Source of the DNA: Enoplolaimus lenunculus | Taxonomy: Eukaryota | DNA: 64,000 nucleotides | Assembly: GCA_030248215.1 (NCBI GenBank) | Contig: JASANG010002092.1 | Coordinates: 558,001-622,000, forward strand | Direction of reading: 5' to 3' | In this document: positions 41,301 to 51,830 of the stretch, piece by piece | How positions within the stretch are numbered: position 1 is the stretch's first letter | Layout of the letters: every line of letters begins with the position of its first letter | Translations under genes and position numbers: made by a program | The notes under the pieces: generated by a model | The model's input: the letters and a program-made list of their open reading frames with translations, nothing else | The model's database searches: none | What the model was told of the DNA's origin: nothing

Positions 41301-44300
41301 CGCTAACTAAAGAATGGATAACTAGTAGCTTGATACTGCGGCAATTCGGAACGACCACATTTCTATTTCCTATATAAAAACCTATGACCCATAGCGCTCA
41401 AAAGGTTATAAATATATCTAGTATGACAATATTCTTAGAGCTGTGTGGTTTATAAACCAGAGCGATCCATACTGTAAACGAGTTTAATCACGAACAGCCA
41501 GTGCTGCACAAAAATTCCGTTTTATTTATCTATTAAATTGCTTTCGTTGTGTTAACTTATCAATAATTCATTGTAGTTTAGCTTTACAGAACCAAAAATC
41601 CGATTACAATTCCCGTAAAAATTTGATGTTTCTATTCCTGTATAATCCAGTCCAGCTTTGCATCCTGGCGTATATAACAGGGTGCAACCGGAATTCCGAT
41701 CCCAGCATTTTTCACCTTCCGCTTTCGGTAAATTTTTACCCGAACTAAATAAAAAGTGCAGTATTAAAAACCTTGACAATCGCCGAAAATAAACCATCGA
41801 AGGTTCATTCCGCTTCCGTGGATTATGAAAATCTAAAATACAGCAAATAATGTGAATACCTATCTCCAACTAGAGTTATTTCAATAATCATATTGCAAAA
41901 AAGAAAATTAAAATGAATTTTTCGGTAGCATTTTTTATTTTATTTTACGGTTCCGGTCCCGGTTGCACCCTGAATATATATACCAACCTCACTGCATATG
42001 ACATGCCATCCGATTACCAAACTCAGACCGCAAACCACAAACAATGAACCAAATAGGAAGCCAACCGCTTGAAATAGAAATTTAATAATGTGTCATAAAA
42101 CGAATTGTTTCTCTCTTTACTTTGGTCCAGAATAGCTTACTGCATACTTAACCTGCTATGTTTTAAAACTAGTATTGTATTCGCAAAACCACACCCAGTA
42201 CCAGAAAATAGGTACAACTAAAATTGAAGTTGGTTTATTTTCAATTATAACACACGTGTAGACATACCATACCAGAGAATAATAAATATATACATACATT
42301 ATATAACCGACTAAACTAAACCTCTTCGATCACATTTTTACCAAACTTTTCAGCTCAAACCCAAAACCGTTGCAGGCAGCGACACTTTAGATTTATCGAC
42401 GAACACACAAGCGGAGAACACTTTAACCCAAACAGCCGAGTTCCAAAACCCATCAACTCTTTTTTCCCGTTCTCAAAGTATGTACGTACGCATTGCAAAC
42501 CTACTTACACATGTATATGACTCAAAAAATTAATAATAAAAAACGAAATACCCACATTAGCAATCAGCAAAACCAAAAGCTTTATGTACCGGTACCCTGT
42601 CGGAATACAATAAAAAGTTTTTATCGCCGACAAAGTCGCTAATACTAAATCTGGTTGCACTTGGAGACGATTCAGTATGATTAAAGCATTGTTACGCATA
42701 GAAATGTATATACTATAAAATATACAGGGCATTTGAATATGAGAGAAAAATTTAAAATGTGCCAATATTTATATATATGTAGTTTCAGACTTGAATGACT
42801 TCAGCCCAGAGTTAAAAAAGCAGACAGTATGTTTGCCGTCCCAGTAAACTCGCGAAAAACGTGTTTAAACGTATTTTTTACGGTTTCTTTTTCGTATTCG
42901 TCTTTCTTAGGGTTGCACTATATATACTTCACTGAGCCGGACGCCGCGGTCTTACAAAATAAATTTACGGTTTCTTTTTCGTATTCGTCTTTCTTAGGGT
43001 TGCGCTATATATACTTCACTGAGCCGGACGCCGCGGTCTTACAAAATAAATTTACGGTTTCTTTTTCGTATTCGTCTTTCTTAGGGTTGCGCTATATATA
43101 CTTCACTGAGCCGGACGCCGCGGTCTTACAAAATAAATTTACGGTTTCTTTTTCGTATTCGTCTTTCTTAGGGTTGCGCTATATATACTTCACTGAGCCG
43201 GACGCCGCGGTCTTACAAAATAAATTTACGGTTTCTTTTTCGTATTCGTCTTTCTTAGGGTTGCGCTATATATACTTCACTGAGCCGGACGCCGCGGTCT
43301 TACAAAATAAATTTACGGTTTCTTTTTCGTATTCGTCTTTCTTAGGGTTGCGCTATATATACTTCACTGAGCCGGACGCCGCGGTCTTACAAAATAAATT
43401 TACGGTTTCTTTTTCGTATTCGTCTTTCTTAGGGTTGCGCTATATATACTTCACTGAGCCGGACGCCGCGGTCTTACAAAATAAATTTACGGTTTCTTTT
43501 TCGTATTCGTCTTTCTTAGGGTTGCGCTATATATACTTCACTGAGCCGGACGCCGCGGTCTTACAAAATAAATTTACGGTTTCTTTTTCGTATTCGTCTT
43601 TCTTAGGGTTGCACTATATATACTTCACTGAGCCGGACGCCGCGGTCTTACAAAATAAATTTACGGTTTCTTTTTCGTATTCGTCTTTCTTAGGGTTGCA
43701 CTATATATACTTCACTGAGCCGGACGCCGCGGTCTTACAAAATAAATTTACGGTTTCTTTTTCGTATTCGTCTTTCTTAGGGTTGCGCTATATATACTTC
43801 ACTGAGCCGGACGCCGCGGTCTTACAAAATAAATTTACGGTTTCTTTTTCGTATTCGTCTTTCTTAGGGTTGCACTATATATACTTCACTGAGCCGGACG
43901 CCGCGGTCTTACAAAATAAATTTACGGTTTCTTTTTCGTATTCGTCTTTCTTAGGGTTGCACTATATATACTTCACTGAGCCGGACGCCGCGGTCTTACA
44001 AAATAAATTTACGGTTTCTTTTTCGTATTCGTCTTTCTTAGGGTTGCACTATATATACTTCACTGAGCCGGACGCCGCGGTCTTACAAAATAAATTTACG
44101 GTTTCTTTTTCGTATTCGTCTTTCTTAGGGTTGCACTATATATACTTCACTGAGCCGGACGCCGCGGTCTTACAAAATAAATTTACGGTTTCTTTTTCGT
44201 ATTCGTCTTTCTTAGGGTTGCGCTATATATACTTCACTGAGCCGGACGCCGCGGTCTTACAAAATAAATTTACGGTTTCTTTTTCGTATTCGTCTTTCTT

Positions 44301-47300
44301 ATGGTTGCGCTATATATACTTCACTGAGCCGGACGCCGCGGTCTTACAAAATAAATTACACACCATGAATTTCAACTTAAAATTTAGAACTAAACAGAAC
44401 AAGATGAAATACATGAAATTCGACTGAAAGATAACAGTCATCTCCAATGCTACAAACAGGATGTGTTAGCCATTTCAGAACTATTTTAACGAATTTTCAA
44501 ATTTCAAACCATTTTTCGGGACTTTTTCGAAGTACATAGAAAGTAGAAACCTTAACCTGTAGTCTGAAAGCCTACAAATAAATTCACCAATTAAACTTAG
44601 CAAAGAAAGCAACGTCGTTTCAGATTTGCTACACTTCCCGTTTATGAGTTATGGTAACGGTAGCGCTATCCTTCTTCTCGAGCTATTTGAATTGTCGTAC
44701 GGCGCCGAACGTAACGTCATTCCAAACCAACAGGGTTTCACGTGAATTTGAGTTCCGGTCAAAATTCTATTCCTGTTCCGGCATTGAAAAACGCAGTACT
44801 ATTGAAAATGAGCTCAAAAATTAAAAATTTGACCCAAAAATTTTCACGCCAAACCTTTAATATAACAATTGAGAAAACTGAACGGAGACAAATTTTATGT
44901 TTCTATAAATAATCTGACACAAATTTAAACATTCGCGTTCTTTTAAATTTTTGCATGGAATTCTTGACAGAACAAAAATTATTGTGGTAGAACCCTGTCC
45001 TCTAGCTATTTTTGCTAAAACGCGTAACTAACTAATCCAGGTTGTCAAAACGTGCCAACTATGTATTATATATGAAGTTACGTTACCCAAAAAGCAAGGA
45101 ACGCAAAAATTGGCATATACCAACCCATGAGATTACAAAACATGGAATCTGACATGCTAATTGTTTAGCGAGGACACAAAAGCACTACCAAAATGATGAA
45201 AACCGCCAATGGTAGCCTAGATACAACGCGCTTGCAGCTTTAAACAAGTTTCAATTTTATCGTATAGATACGGTATACCCTAGGCGAGCACGAAATACAG
45301 CAGGTTTTGGGTAAGCAAGAAGCTACATAGTTAAAAACTGCTAAATAGGCAAATTGAATAGGTTCAACAAAAACACTTTTATATTATGTTATGTTATATA
45401 TGTGTATAACATTACGTATATATATGTATATATTTGTGTATATCTCAAAAAATTGTAACAACTAGATGAAGTGATCACCAAAATGTCGGTAGGTAGGCTG
45501 GTAGTTACCCTGGTTCACTAACCGGACCAATTTTGCCACTAGGGCAAGTAGTCGACAGCTGGCTGGGTTGTGCTACTTTAGTTAAATAGACTTACTTACA
45601 CAACGCACCATTCATTTATGTACCAACAAAGCACCTAGATCGATTGGTGCCATTGAACCTTAACACAAGCAATTTCGGTTGCACCCTGATATACGTATAT
45701 ATGTATGGATTCCAACAGGAGCTAAATTTTGCAGGAACAGAAACAGGAATTGAATCTCTTTACACGAACCCGGACCGGAATTTGAAAATAATTTTCGTCA
45801 CCGAATTACTGTTGGACATTTAGAAAACTTGGCAAAAAACGGTTCCTCTTTGATCACAACAGCTGCAACAAGCTAATAATAATGGCAATTAAACAGTAAT
45901 TGAAAAACACAGGTCGGCCGACCCCTCCCGGCCACACTTTTCTTTACCGGTTCCACCTCTGCTGTATATACATATATTAATTGCCAGTGCCCAGGATTTT
46001 TACCGGTACATTTCATACGAATGAATTCAGGGTGCCACCAGATATCTGGTTCCGGCTTGATATTCGGCATAAACTGATATCCGTATCCGGTAAAAACCTA
46101 CCGCGCACCGCATATTTGTGGTGCCGAATATCATAAAACTGCTTCTTACAAGTGAGCGTCTTTAACCTCGGCAGGTCAAGAAGTTCACGTTTTGATGCAT
46201 TTTCAGTTACTCTCAAAGTAACACGAGCGAGAGTTAAACGCATTTTTGCATTAAATAATTTCAGTTTATCAGCAGCAACTATCAACTTTACAACAGACGA
46301 AAACCTTGAACACGCTAAAAATACGGCGAAAAATATATTATTTTAATATATACAATATCCGGCATCCGGCTCCTGATCCGATAAAAATTCAATATCCGTA
46401 TCCGGTTACGGTATCTGGTAAATTAAATTCAAAGTTGGGCATAAGTTACTGGCAGTCGCAACTATCATGACGCAAACCTGAGACACTCTCAAAACTGTAT
46501 ATACCGCTAAGCTGAACTGTAAATAAATAATATTAGCCAGTAACCAGCACTGCGCAAAATATGACAAAACTAAAGTTCACAGAAACTGTTACGACCCTGT
46601 TCTATACATTGGCCCATGACATAAAAACCGTTGATAACAAACGTTATATAACCAACAAACTATCGGATTCGGATGCCCATTTTTGCCATAACGGGATCGC
46701 ACCCAAAAAGTGCATATCATTCTTGATACTTGAATCGCAGTCGAAACATAAATTGTGCGCGAATTTCAGCCGGAATCGGAATCGAAACATCAATTGTGTT
46801 TGAATCGGAAAACAGTTTCGATTTCATACGAAATTTGTAGCCAAATGAAGGGATTTTTCAGTACCAAGGCTCAGATTCAGGTTCGGAACGGGATTCGGCA
46901 AAATCGTAATTCATTCACGCTCAGAATCGGTCAAATCGTGGGCTCTATGCCACCCTGCACATAAGTGTCACAACGTCGCGCTATTTTTGTTAAACTAAAA
47001 TTTCTATTCGGATGAAATTCTCTTCCACTAAAGTAATGGAATATGTTACATGTATACTCCTAAACTATTTGGTTACATGTCGTCCGGGGTTTTATCAAAT
47101 ATATTCTGAACACTGGAATGCAACCGTTTTATATACTGGTTACAACAAGGCGTTTCTGTATAATACAATGAAATTCAAAATCGATTTTGTAAATTAAATT
47201 CCGTTAAACGCAATGTAAATGTACGGAAATAACGACTGCCCAACCATGCTAGTCCACACAAACCTAAACAAAGTGATTAAACTTTTAAAAAAAACCACCA

Positions 47301-49858
47301 TCATACCAATGTCACAGTCATACACCGAGCAGATATTAGAAGCCCTTCACATATATATACTGAAGTAAATATACAAAACAAACAGTATTATTCAGTCAAC
47401 CGAATCCCAGTGCGCCACAACAACTAAAAAGACCCACCGGACCGCGTAATACAGAAAATTATAGAACACATATGTATGTATATATGTACGTACTAGATAC
47501 ACACGTTCCGAGCTGAAAAGTCCAACAGAAACTAAAGCACACAAACGCGATTCAGTTGATTTGAGCACAAGTCAATTATATTTTTTCAAATGGTGCTGTA
47601 ACTGTTTAACAACAACAACAACAACAACCCGGAACTTTTGCTTAATTTAGGAGAAACGGTAGCTACAAATAAACATGTGGACCCAAACGAGAACACGTAC
47701 ACTATGCATATATTTCGAGATCCAATAACTAGCCGAATTAAACATTAATTTGAATTGACTGAAACTGAATTAAGCTGCGATGGCCTACCCATAAATATAT
47801 TAGCACAATTTACGAGCCTTTAGGATTATTCCCCCACCAGCTTTCGCCCAAATATGATTCGGTATTGATAATTTGTGCATATCTGAGCGTGTTATGGGCA
47901 TGGCCTTCACCGACCATTCCACTGCAGCCTGTGACAGGGAATAAAATGGTGCTAAAATAATACACAAATTGTTAAACTTTTTTTACAACTAAATTTTTCG
48001 GTCCAAAGGAACACGGCGAACACGGAATTTGGATTCCGATTAGAAGTCCAATTAAAATCCATTACCAGTTACGATTTCTGGTATAATCAGAATCCGAATT
48101 CGGAATCCTAATTTTTTATCGTTTCTAACCTTTAATATTTGAAATTATGTGTCAAACTTGCCTGCAGTATTTCATATTGCATAAAAACCGGCATTTATAC
48201 AACGTCACGAAAATTATCAGAGACATGGAATAACCCAAAACGCCCCAATTTCATTCAGACATTGCATGCATTTTATGCACAATGATGTGCTAAATGTAAT
48301 TATAGAGAAATTCTATGAAATGTTTAGACTTTGCTAGCTTTAAAATCCTTAACACAGAAAATATTGAAGAATTTAGCACAAAAGTTTCGAGATTCAACAC
48401 CGGAACGAAACAGTCAAAAATTCCAATTTAAAAGCCGAACCTGGCATCCCAGTTGCAAAGATTTTAACGTTATTGTATATACAATAAGGCACTTTTTTAC
48501 TCTTGTAGCAGGGAAAACTCCCCCCTCTTGGAAAAATTTGTTTCAGAGACGTACTATTACAGAACGTTTTAATACTTTGGCATGGTAGCAAGTGAATACT
48601 GTATGTACATGTAAAACATTGATTTAAAAAATAATTTGTTCGGATCTTTTCCGTTTTTCCACCCAGCCGGCAGAAAACTTGAAAGCAACCACTGCTTAAA
48701 ATAAATTTAGCTTAGTATTTTCTTTTCATTAATTAAATAGATAAAAGTAAATGTGTTGTAAACTGAATTTTAAATGACGTTTCACTTGCCATAATAATGA
48801 ATTAAAACGTTTAATTGATTGCTGCACTGATTTTTCACATTTGGTGGAAGCACAGCAAGCAACTCCAAATTTGAACCACGCTACTCTGATCGCGATTAGG
48901 TGAGAAGACATGCATGTAGATACGCGCAACACTAAAAGCAAAAGATGACCTGTCATCCAGTGCTACTAATAGCGCAATAATCGCACTGAAGCTTACACGT
49001 AATAATTTGGTAAAACAAGAAACCTCCTTCGAAACTCTCGTGACATAGAATGTGAGCCTCATCCTTCTCAAAATCGTGCCTACGCCCTTAATTTTTTTCA
49101 AAATACCCGGAATAACTGGAATATCCGGACCGGATGCAACTCTAATAACAGATCATACGAAAACTCACCGCGAATAGTCTGAGCAGCCGCTAGTGATTGA
49201 AACTGCTCCGTTTCGCATTCACTGTTCGCCAAGTTCAGTGACAACGGACTGGACCCACGCAATGCGCCACGCGACAACGTTCTTGCCGTATCCGGCGGCG
49301 TCACCCATTGCCCGTCGCTACTATCATCGAGCGATTCATACCCGAAACCGCTACCTGTTGAGTGGTTCAGCAACTTATTTGCAACTAAACTCGCCACAGA
49401 ATCATCTGTTGCCATGTTATCGGCTTGTATGCAATCGCCATGATAAGTGCGATCACTGTCATCGTCATGACTAGTATGTCCGTTAACCAGTTTCGGTCCT
49501 GACGTCATAACGTCTCCCCTTCCGTTTTGACTTGTATCCACCCTTGAATCTTTGTTTCGCCCAACTGCGCGGCGATCGTCGGCATGATCATCAGTAACAC
49601 TTCCGCGTTGTATTACAAACGAATCAGATTTATCACCCTCTGGTACTCCAGGCCTTGGTTTAGCTGCTGGTTTAGAAGTTTGGCATTTCAATTTATTTAT
49701 ACGATTACTGTCCTCCAATCGAGCAAGTGAATACGTAGTTGTTTTCGTGTCCGCTGGCGTTGTGCCTTTTGTACCAAGAGCATTTGTTGTTGTAACCGGT
49801 TCAACGGTGTCGTTGTTGCCAGGAGCAGTAAAGTCAGATACTATAGGGAATGTGAAGC
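406..49858 (-). CDS. wnk-1: WNK family serine/threonine kinase, spliced gene model (22 exons, incomplete at both ends)
   Basis: Spliced translation contains [11 protein letters not shown] (catalytic Lys in the Gly-rich loop), AWCELQ (Cys at the canonical subdomain II Lys position), [22 protein letters not shown] and [16 protein letters not shown]. All introns are GT-AG and phases match throughout. Confidence 0.95.
617..1822 (-). repeat. CAA/CAG trinucleotide tracts encoding polyQ
   Basis: Long (ttg)n/(ctg)n runs on the + strand at about 617-1058, 1245-1430 and 1557-1822. Confidence 0.97.
2784..3326 (-). CDS. wnk-1: WNK disordered C-terminal exon
   Basis: tttcag|GTC and AGG|gtaatt; 543 nt, phase 0-0. 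Confidence 0.87.
3869..4159 (-). CDS. wnk-1: WNK end of second CCT-like domain and start of disordered tail
   Basis: ttgcag|ATA and GAG|gtagg; 291 nt, phase 0-0. Confidence 0.88.
4524..4616 (-). CDS. wnk-1: WNK second CCT-like domain exon (not in ORF track)
   Basis: Reads [31 protein letters not shown], matching the WNK 'VECQLET...VTFKF' motif; phase 0-0. Confidence 0.92.
5600..6306. mobile_element. Foldback element with ~200-bp imperfect inverted arms, interrupted by the 5802-6034 MITE
   Basis: About 5605-5801 plus 6043-6050 is the imperfect reverse complement of about 6100-6306. A homologous arm lies at about 50066-50285. Confidence 0.75.
5802..6034 (+). mobile_element. hAT-like MITE (CAGGGATGG/GAGACC family)
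   Basis: TIRs cagggatggcggtctc / gagaccgcccatccctg; exact 8-bp TSD ccaatggt; partial second copy at about 59932-60125. Confidence 0.88.
8407..8631 (-). CDS. Candidate alternative WNK exon (75 codons, phase 0-0)
   Basis: GC-rich island in an AT-rich intron; ttgttaag|ATT...ATG|gtcagt; open and phase-compatible with both flanking exons. Confidence 0.4.
11551..11932 (+). mobile_element. hAT-like MITE (CAGGGTGCAACCGGAA family)
   Basis: TIRs cagggtgcaaccggaatt / aattccggttgcaccctg; subterminal (ccggaa)n; exact 8-bp TSD gttgtcat. Confidence 0.9.
12701..12984. mobile_element. MITE with ~30-bp TIRs (PIF/Harbinger-like ends)
   Basis: taaagccctattcacacgtgcaagttttcgc / gcgaaaacttgcacgtgtgaatagtgcttta; the same left end recurs at about 20552. 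Confidence 0.7.
13166..13652. mobile_element. Diverged MITE with ~45-bp imperfect TIRs
   Basis: gcccgtttacaataactatgtcaacggtgccacaa pairs with ttgtggcaccgtcgacaaaattattgcgaacggcgc. Confidence 0.55.
14683..14872 (-). CDS. wnk-1: WNK exon with basic cluster and start of second CCT-like domain
   Basis: ttttag|T; reads ...[34 protein letters not shown]|gtgag; phase 2-0. Confidence 0.88.
15484..15535 (-). CDS. wnk-1: WNK 52-nt micro-exon ([16 protein letters not shown])
   Basis: tttcag|CT...AT|gtaagt; phase 1-2; needed to keep the frame. Confidence 0.8.
15891..15921 (-). CDS. wnk-1: WNK 31-nt micro-exon ([10 protein letters not shown])
   Basis: gttttag|GCA...G|gtaagt; phase 0-1; needed to keep the frame. 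Confidence 0.8.
16212..16343 (-). CDS. wnk-1: WNK coiled-coil/Q-rich exon
   Basis: ttttag|GAA CAA ATG and CAG|gtagta; 132 nt, phase 0-0. Confidence 0.85.
16602..16769 (-). CDS. wnk-1: WNK autoinhibitory helix and coiled coil
   Basis: Reads [29 protein letters not shown]...; phase 0-0. Confidence 0.9.
17238..17366 (-). CDS. wnk-1: WNK autoinhibitory / CCT-like (PF2) domain exon (not in ORF track)
   Basis: Reads [43 protein letters not shown], including the FxF motif; ttttag/gtaag; phase 0-0. Confidence 0.93.
19402..19513 (-). CDS. wnk-1: End of WNK kinase domain and linker
   Basis: tttaag|A; reads [24 protein letters not shown]...; TCG|gttag; phase 2-0. Confidence 0.92.
20050..20144 (-). 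CDS. wnk-1: WNK kinase subdomains X-XI (not in ORF track)
   Basis: tgtcag|GGT; reads [34 protein letters not shown]|gtaatt; phase 0-2. Confidence 0.93.
21295..21452 (-). CDS. wnk-1: WNK kinase subdomains VIII-X
   Basis: Encodes [31 protein letters not shown]...; phase 1-0. Confidence 0.97.
21823..22043 (-). CDS. wnk-1: WNK kinase catalytic loop and DLG motif
   Basis: Encodes YLKRFK...[38 protein letters not shown]; phase 2-1. Confidence 0.97.
22088..22497 (+). mobile_element. hAT-like MITE (related subfamily)
   Basis: Both TIRs present; TSD imperfect (ctccatag / ctccacac). Confidence 0.82.
22829..22998 (-). CDS. wnk-1: WNK kinase subdomains III-V
   Basis: Encodes [32 protein letters not shown]...ELMTSGTLK; phase 0-2. 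Confidence 0.97.
23923..24212 (-). CDS. wnk-1: WNK kinase subdomains I-II
   Basis: Encodes [39 protein letters not shown]; ttttag/gtattg boundaries; phase 1-0. Confidence 0.97.
24557..24959 (-). mobile_element. hAT-like MITE (same family), inverted copy
   Basis: Same TIRs; exact 8-bp TSD gtcagggg; closely matches the reverse complement of 11551-11932. Confidence 0.9.
25571..25873 (-). CDS. wnk-1: WNK pre-kinase exon (A/S/G-rich)
   Basis: ttttag|GC acceptor and G|gtgag donor; 303 nt, phase 1-1. Confidence 0.85.
26941..27832 (-). CDS. wnk-1: Candidate alternative first coding exon of WNK (MQPVEKK...)
   Basis: 299-aa ATG-initiated S/T-rich ORF. A phase-1 donor (CTA G|gtgtat) matches the phase-1 acceptor at 25873. 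No strong phase-1 acceptor lies upstream of the ATG. Confidence 0.65.
30074..30592 (-). mobile_element. Same Helentron/DINE-1-like family, inverted
   Basis: Reverse complement of the 57196 and 59380 elements, including both the 5' motif and the 3' core. Confidence 0.6.
30785..31357. repeat. Inverted pair of ~16-bp minisatellites (gtcgccccgacaactc)
   Basis: Units on the + strand at 30785-31020 and complementary units at about 31225-31357; related motifs at about 56625-56835. Confidence 0.75.
35248..35632 (-). CDS. wnk-1: WNK N-terminal exon
   Basis: ttttag|GCA acceptor and G|gtaag donor; 385 nt, phase 0-1. Confidence 0.8.
36594..37512 (-). CDS. wnk-1: WNK N-terminal exon (S/G/N-rich)
   Basis: ttatag|G acceptor and AAA|gtaag donor; 919 nt, phase 2-0; lies within the 340-aa ORF. 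Confidence 0.8.
38373..38697 (-). CDS. wnk-1: WNK N-terminal exon (S/T-rich)
   Basis: ttgcag|CA acceptor and CG|gtagtt donor; 325 nt, phase 1-2. Confidence 0.75.
39113..39457 (-). CDS. wnk-1: WNK N-terminal exon (S/T/N-rich)
   Basis: ttttag|GT acceptor and G|gtactt donor; 345 nt open, phase 1-1. Confidence 0.72.
39532..39918 (+). mobile_element. hAT-like MITE (same family), right end garbled
   Basis: Left TIR intact; exact 8-bp TSD ccaataac; interior homologous to 11551-11932. Confidence 0.85.
40824..41238 (+). mobile_element. Related MITE subfamily (ccggata-type ends)
   Basis: Interior is homologous in inverted orientation to about 46028-46430; ends resemble the hAT-like TIRs. Confidence 0.65.
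41678..41972 (-). mobile_element. hAT-like MITE, diverged copy
   Basis: cagggtgcaaccggaatt...ggttgcaccctg; interior like 22088-22497. Further decayed copies lie at about 9670-10003, 10768-10970, 28513-28940, 34410-34700, 51835-52168 and 52640-52986. Confidence 0.75.
42877..44355. repeat. Tandem array, 17 x 87 bp, near-identical
   Basis: Unit tttacggtttc...acaaaataaa; the only variation seen is one A/G site and one G>T change in the last unit. Confidence 0.97.
49169..49858 (-). CDS. wnk-1: WNK N-terminal low-complexity exon (5'-most exon found)
   Basis: catttcag|GC acceptor and G|gtgag donor; 690 nt open, phase 1-1; overlaps the 206-aa ORF. Linkage to WNK rests on strand and phase only. Confidence 0.7.
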
Positions 49859-50655
49859 CTGAAATGTAGTACTATTTACACAAAAAAATTTACTTTCTCA
49901 AAGCAAGTGTCGCTCGTGAGTCTATAGACAGGAGTGCGCAAATGTCTGAAATCGCATGTTGCAAAATGTACAAGCACACGTTGCGTGTTGTCCCGACCAC
50001 GACCACGACGACCACCAACACCACCTCACTTTGGGGGGTTGATTTCAGGCGTGTTTTCGGTTATTCCCCCAGCCCACGTTTGCCCAAAAATGGTTGATTT
50101 TTGAAATGTTTCATATTTGAACTTCTCGCTACCTCTCCTGATTATTTCACGCCCAAATTTGAAATATTCAATGATTGACGTCCCTGCCTTTTGGGCCCCA
50201 AAATTTTTTGTCAAAATAAGTTAGACATATTATATACCAATCATTCGACGCAGCTTGCAGAGCTGAGTTGAATGTCGTTAAATTTTTCTCAATCAAACGT
50301 CTGAGTAACGAGTTATGATCAAATCACTGATTTGGCGCCGTCCCAAATCGTTGACAGGGCGCAAAATCAGTTATTTGACAACTCGTCCAAAGTAACTGTA
50401 TAAATCAAAAATCACGGCCAAAGCTGCTGTGCGTTTAAAATTAGTGTTACTGTAGTCATCGTAAGGATTAAGGAAACCAAACAACACAAGTCGATGTGAT
50501 ACTAATCAGTTCGAAAAATACTTATGGCTTCAACGGTAAATATTAAAACGACCTGCTTCTTAAAAGTGAAAGTTCTAGCCTTTTTTTACATAAGTACATA
50601 AACAAGCCTATACTAGTGCAAATTGCTACAATAGGCACTAGAAATCTAAGTTCGT

Positions 50656-50871
50656 ATTCTCAAATGTGTGTAGCACCTATTACAAGTTGGTGATACGTAG
50701 GCCTTGTAACTTTCGAAGCAGGGAATAGTGAGGTTTGAAATTCAGCACATTAATCGCTTTCGATTTTCTCTGCTACTGTACAAATTTTGAGATCTGTAAT
50801 TGCACCAGTTCGTTAGTTTGAAAACCTATTACGTACTAACTGGTAATAGGTGCTATATGCATTTGAGAATA
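50656..50871. mobile_element. Small inverted-repeat element
   Basis: attctcaaatgtgtgtagcacctattacaagtt pairs with aactggtaataggtgctatatgcatttgagaat. Confidence 0.55.
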
Positions 50872-51477
50872 TAGGCCATAGATTTAGATCTTACCAGTGG
50901 ACTTTAACTTCCGAGTAATCCAATTACTCATAAATGGCAAACGATCGAAAAAACCGCACCAAATACACCAACGAAACTGAATCGAATATAAGAAAATGTA
51001 CCAATAATGATACGAAGCTTTCCCTATTCAAACAGTTTAAACAAAATGCTTTCAGATAGTGAATATTTTGTGCAAAGCACAAGATCGCAAGAATATAATA
51101 CTTATTACAAGCCTAATCAATAAATATGATCTAAAAAAGAAATCAGCAAAATAATTAAACCTTACGTAACCGACGCGTCGAATCCGCATCGATATTAAGC
51201 TTATCGTGGTGTAATCGGAATTTCAGGCCGATAAACAAATCCGGAACGTTTCACTGGCCGGTTCCGGTATTTAATACGGCATTTTTTAGTGATATGCCGA
51301 TACCAAAATTTTTGCAGATGCCAATACCGACTCTTTTGAAATTCTGGAAACCCAATATGAAAAGGAAATATTGTCAAAATCAACCAATTTTATCTAAACT
51401 CAGGTTGGGAAGCTAGAGAAAAGACCAACGTTTCACTTTTGCCTATGTACAAAATCTCTGAATTTGACGTTTCAATT

Positions 51478-51830
51478 AGGGATGTGCCGATTCTAACATT
51501 TTTGCAGATTCCGATTCTTATTTTGAAATTTTGTCGATGCCGAACCGATGCCGATTCCAACTTCAGTACACCATGTTTAATATACAAATAGGATACTACA
51601 TTTCATCATTTATATGAAGACTTAAACCCTAACCATCATAAACCATTACGTACGTATAATTTTATAAGAACGGTTCATTCAAATAATTTTTTCAAACACA
51701 AACGCAAGAGAGATAACAGTTTTCCTGAAACACACTGATATGCGCCCAGACATGAAGAAATTGATAGCGTACCATCTGACTGATTTGTGCAAAATGTATC
51801 GGCAGAGTCTACATTTTTTGCAGTGCCAAC
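51478..51830 (+). mobile_element. MITE family with TAGGGATGTGCCGAT ends and GCCGAT subrepeats
   Basis: Homologous pieces at about 14250-14620, 29770-30071, 53065-53430, 58525-58793 and 61330-61586 (end atcggcacatcccta). Confidence 0.65.

Noticed and set aside
42829..44427. 532-aa repeat ORF as a gene, or the array as a CRISPR
   Set aside because: The ORF follows from a stop-free 87-bp unit, and no domain is recognisable. Units are contiguous with no unique spacers, there are no cas genes, and the context is eukaryotic.
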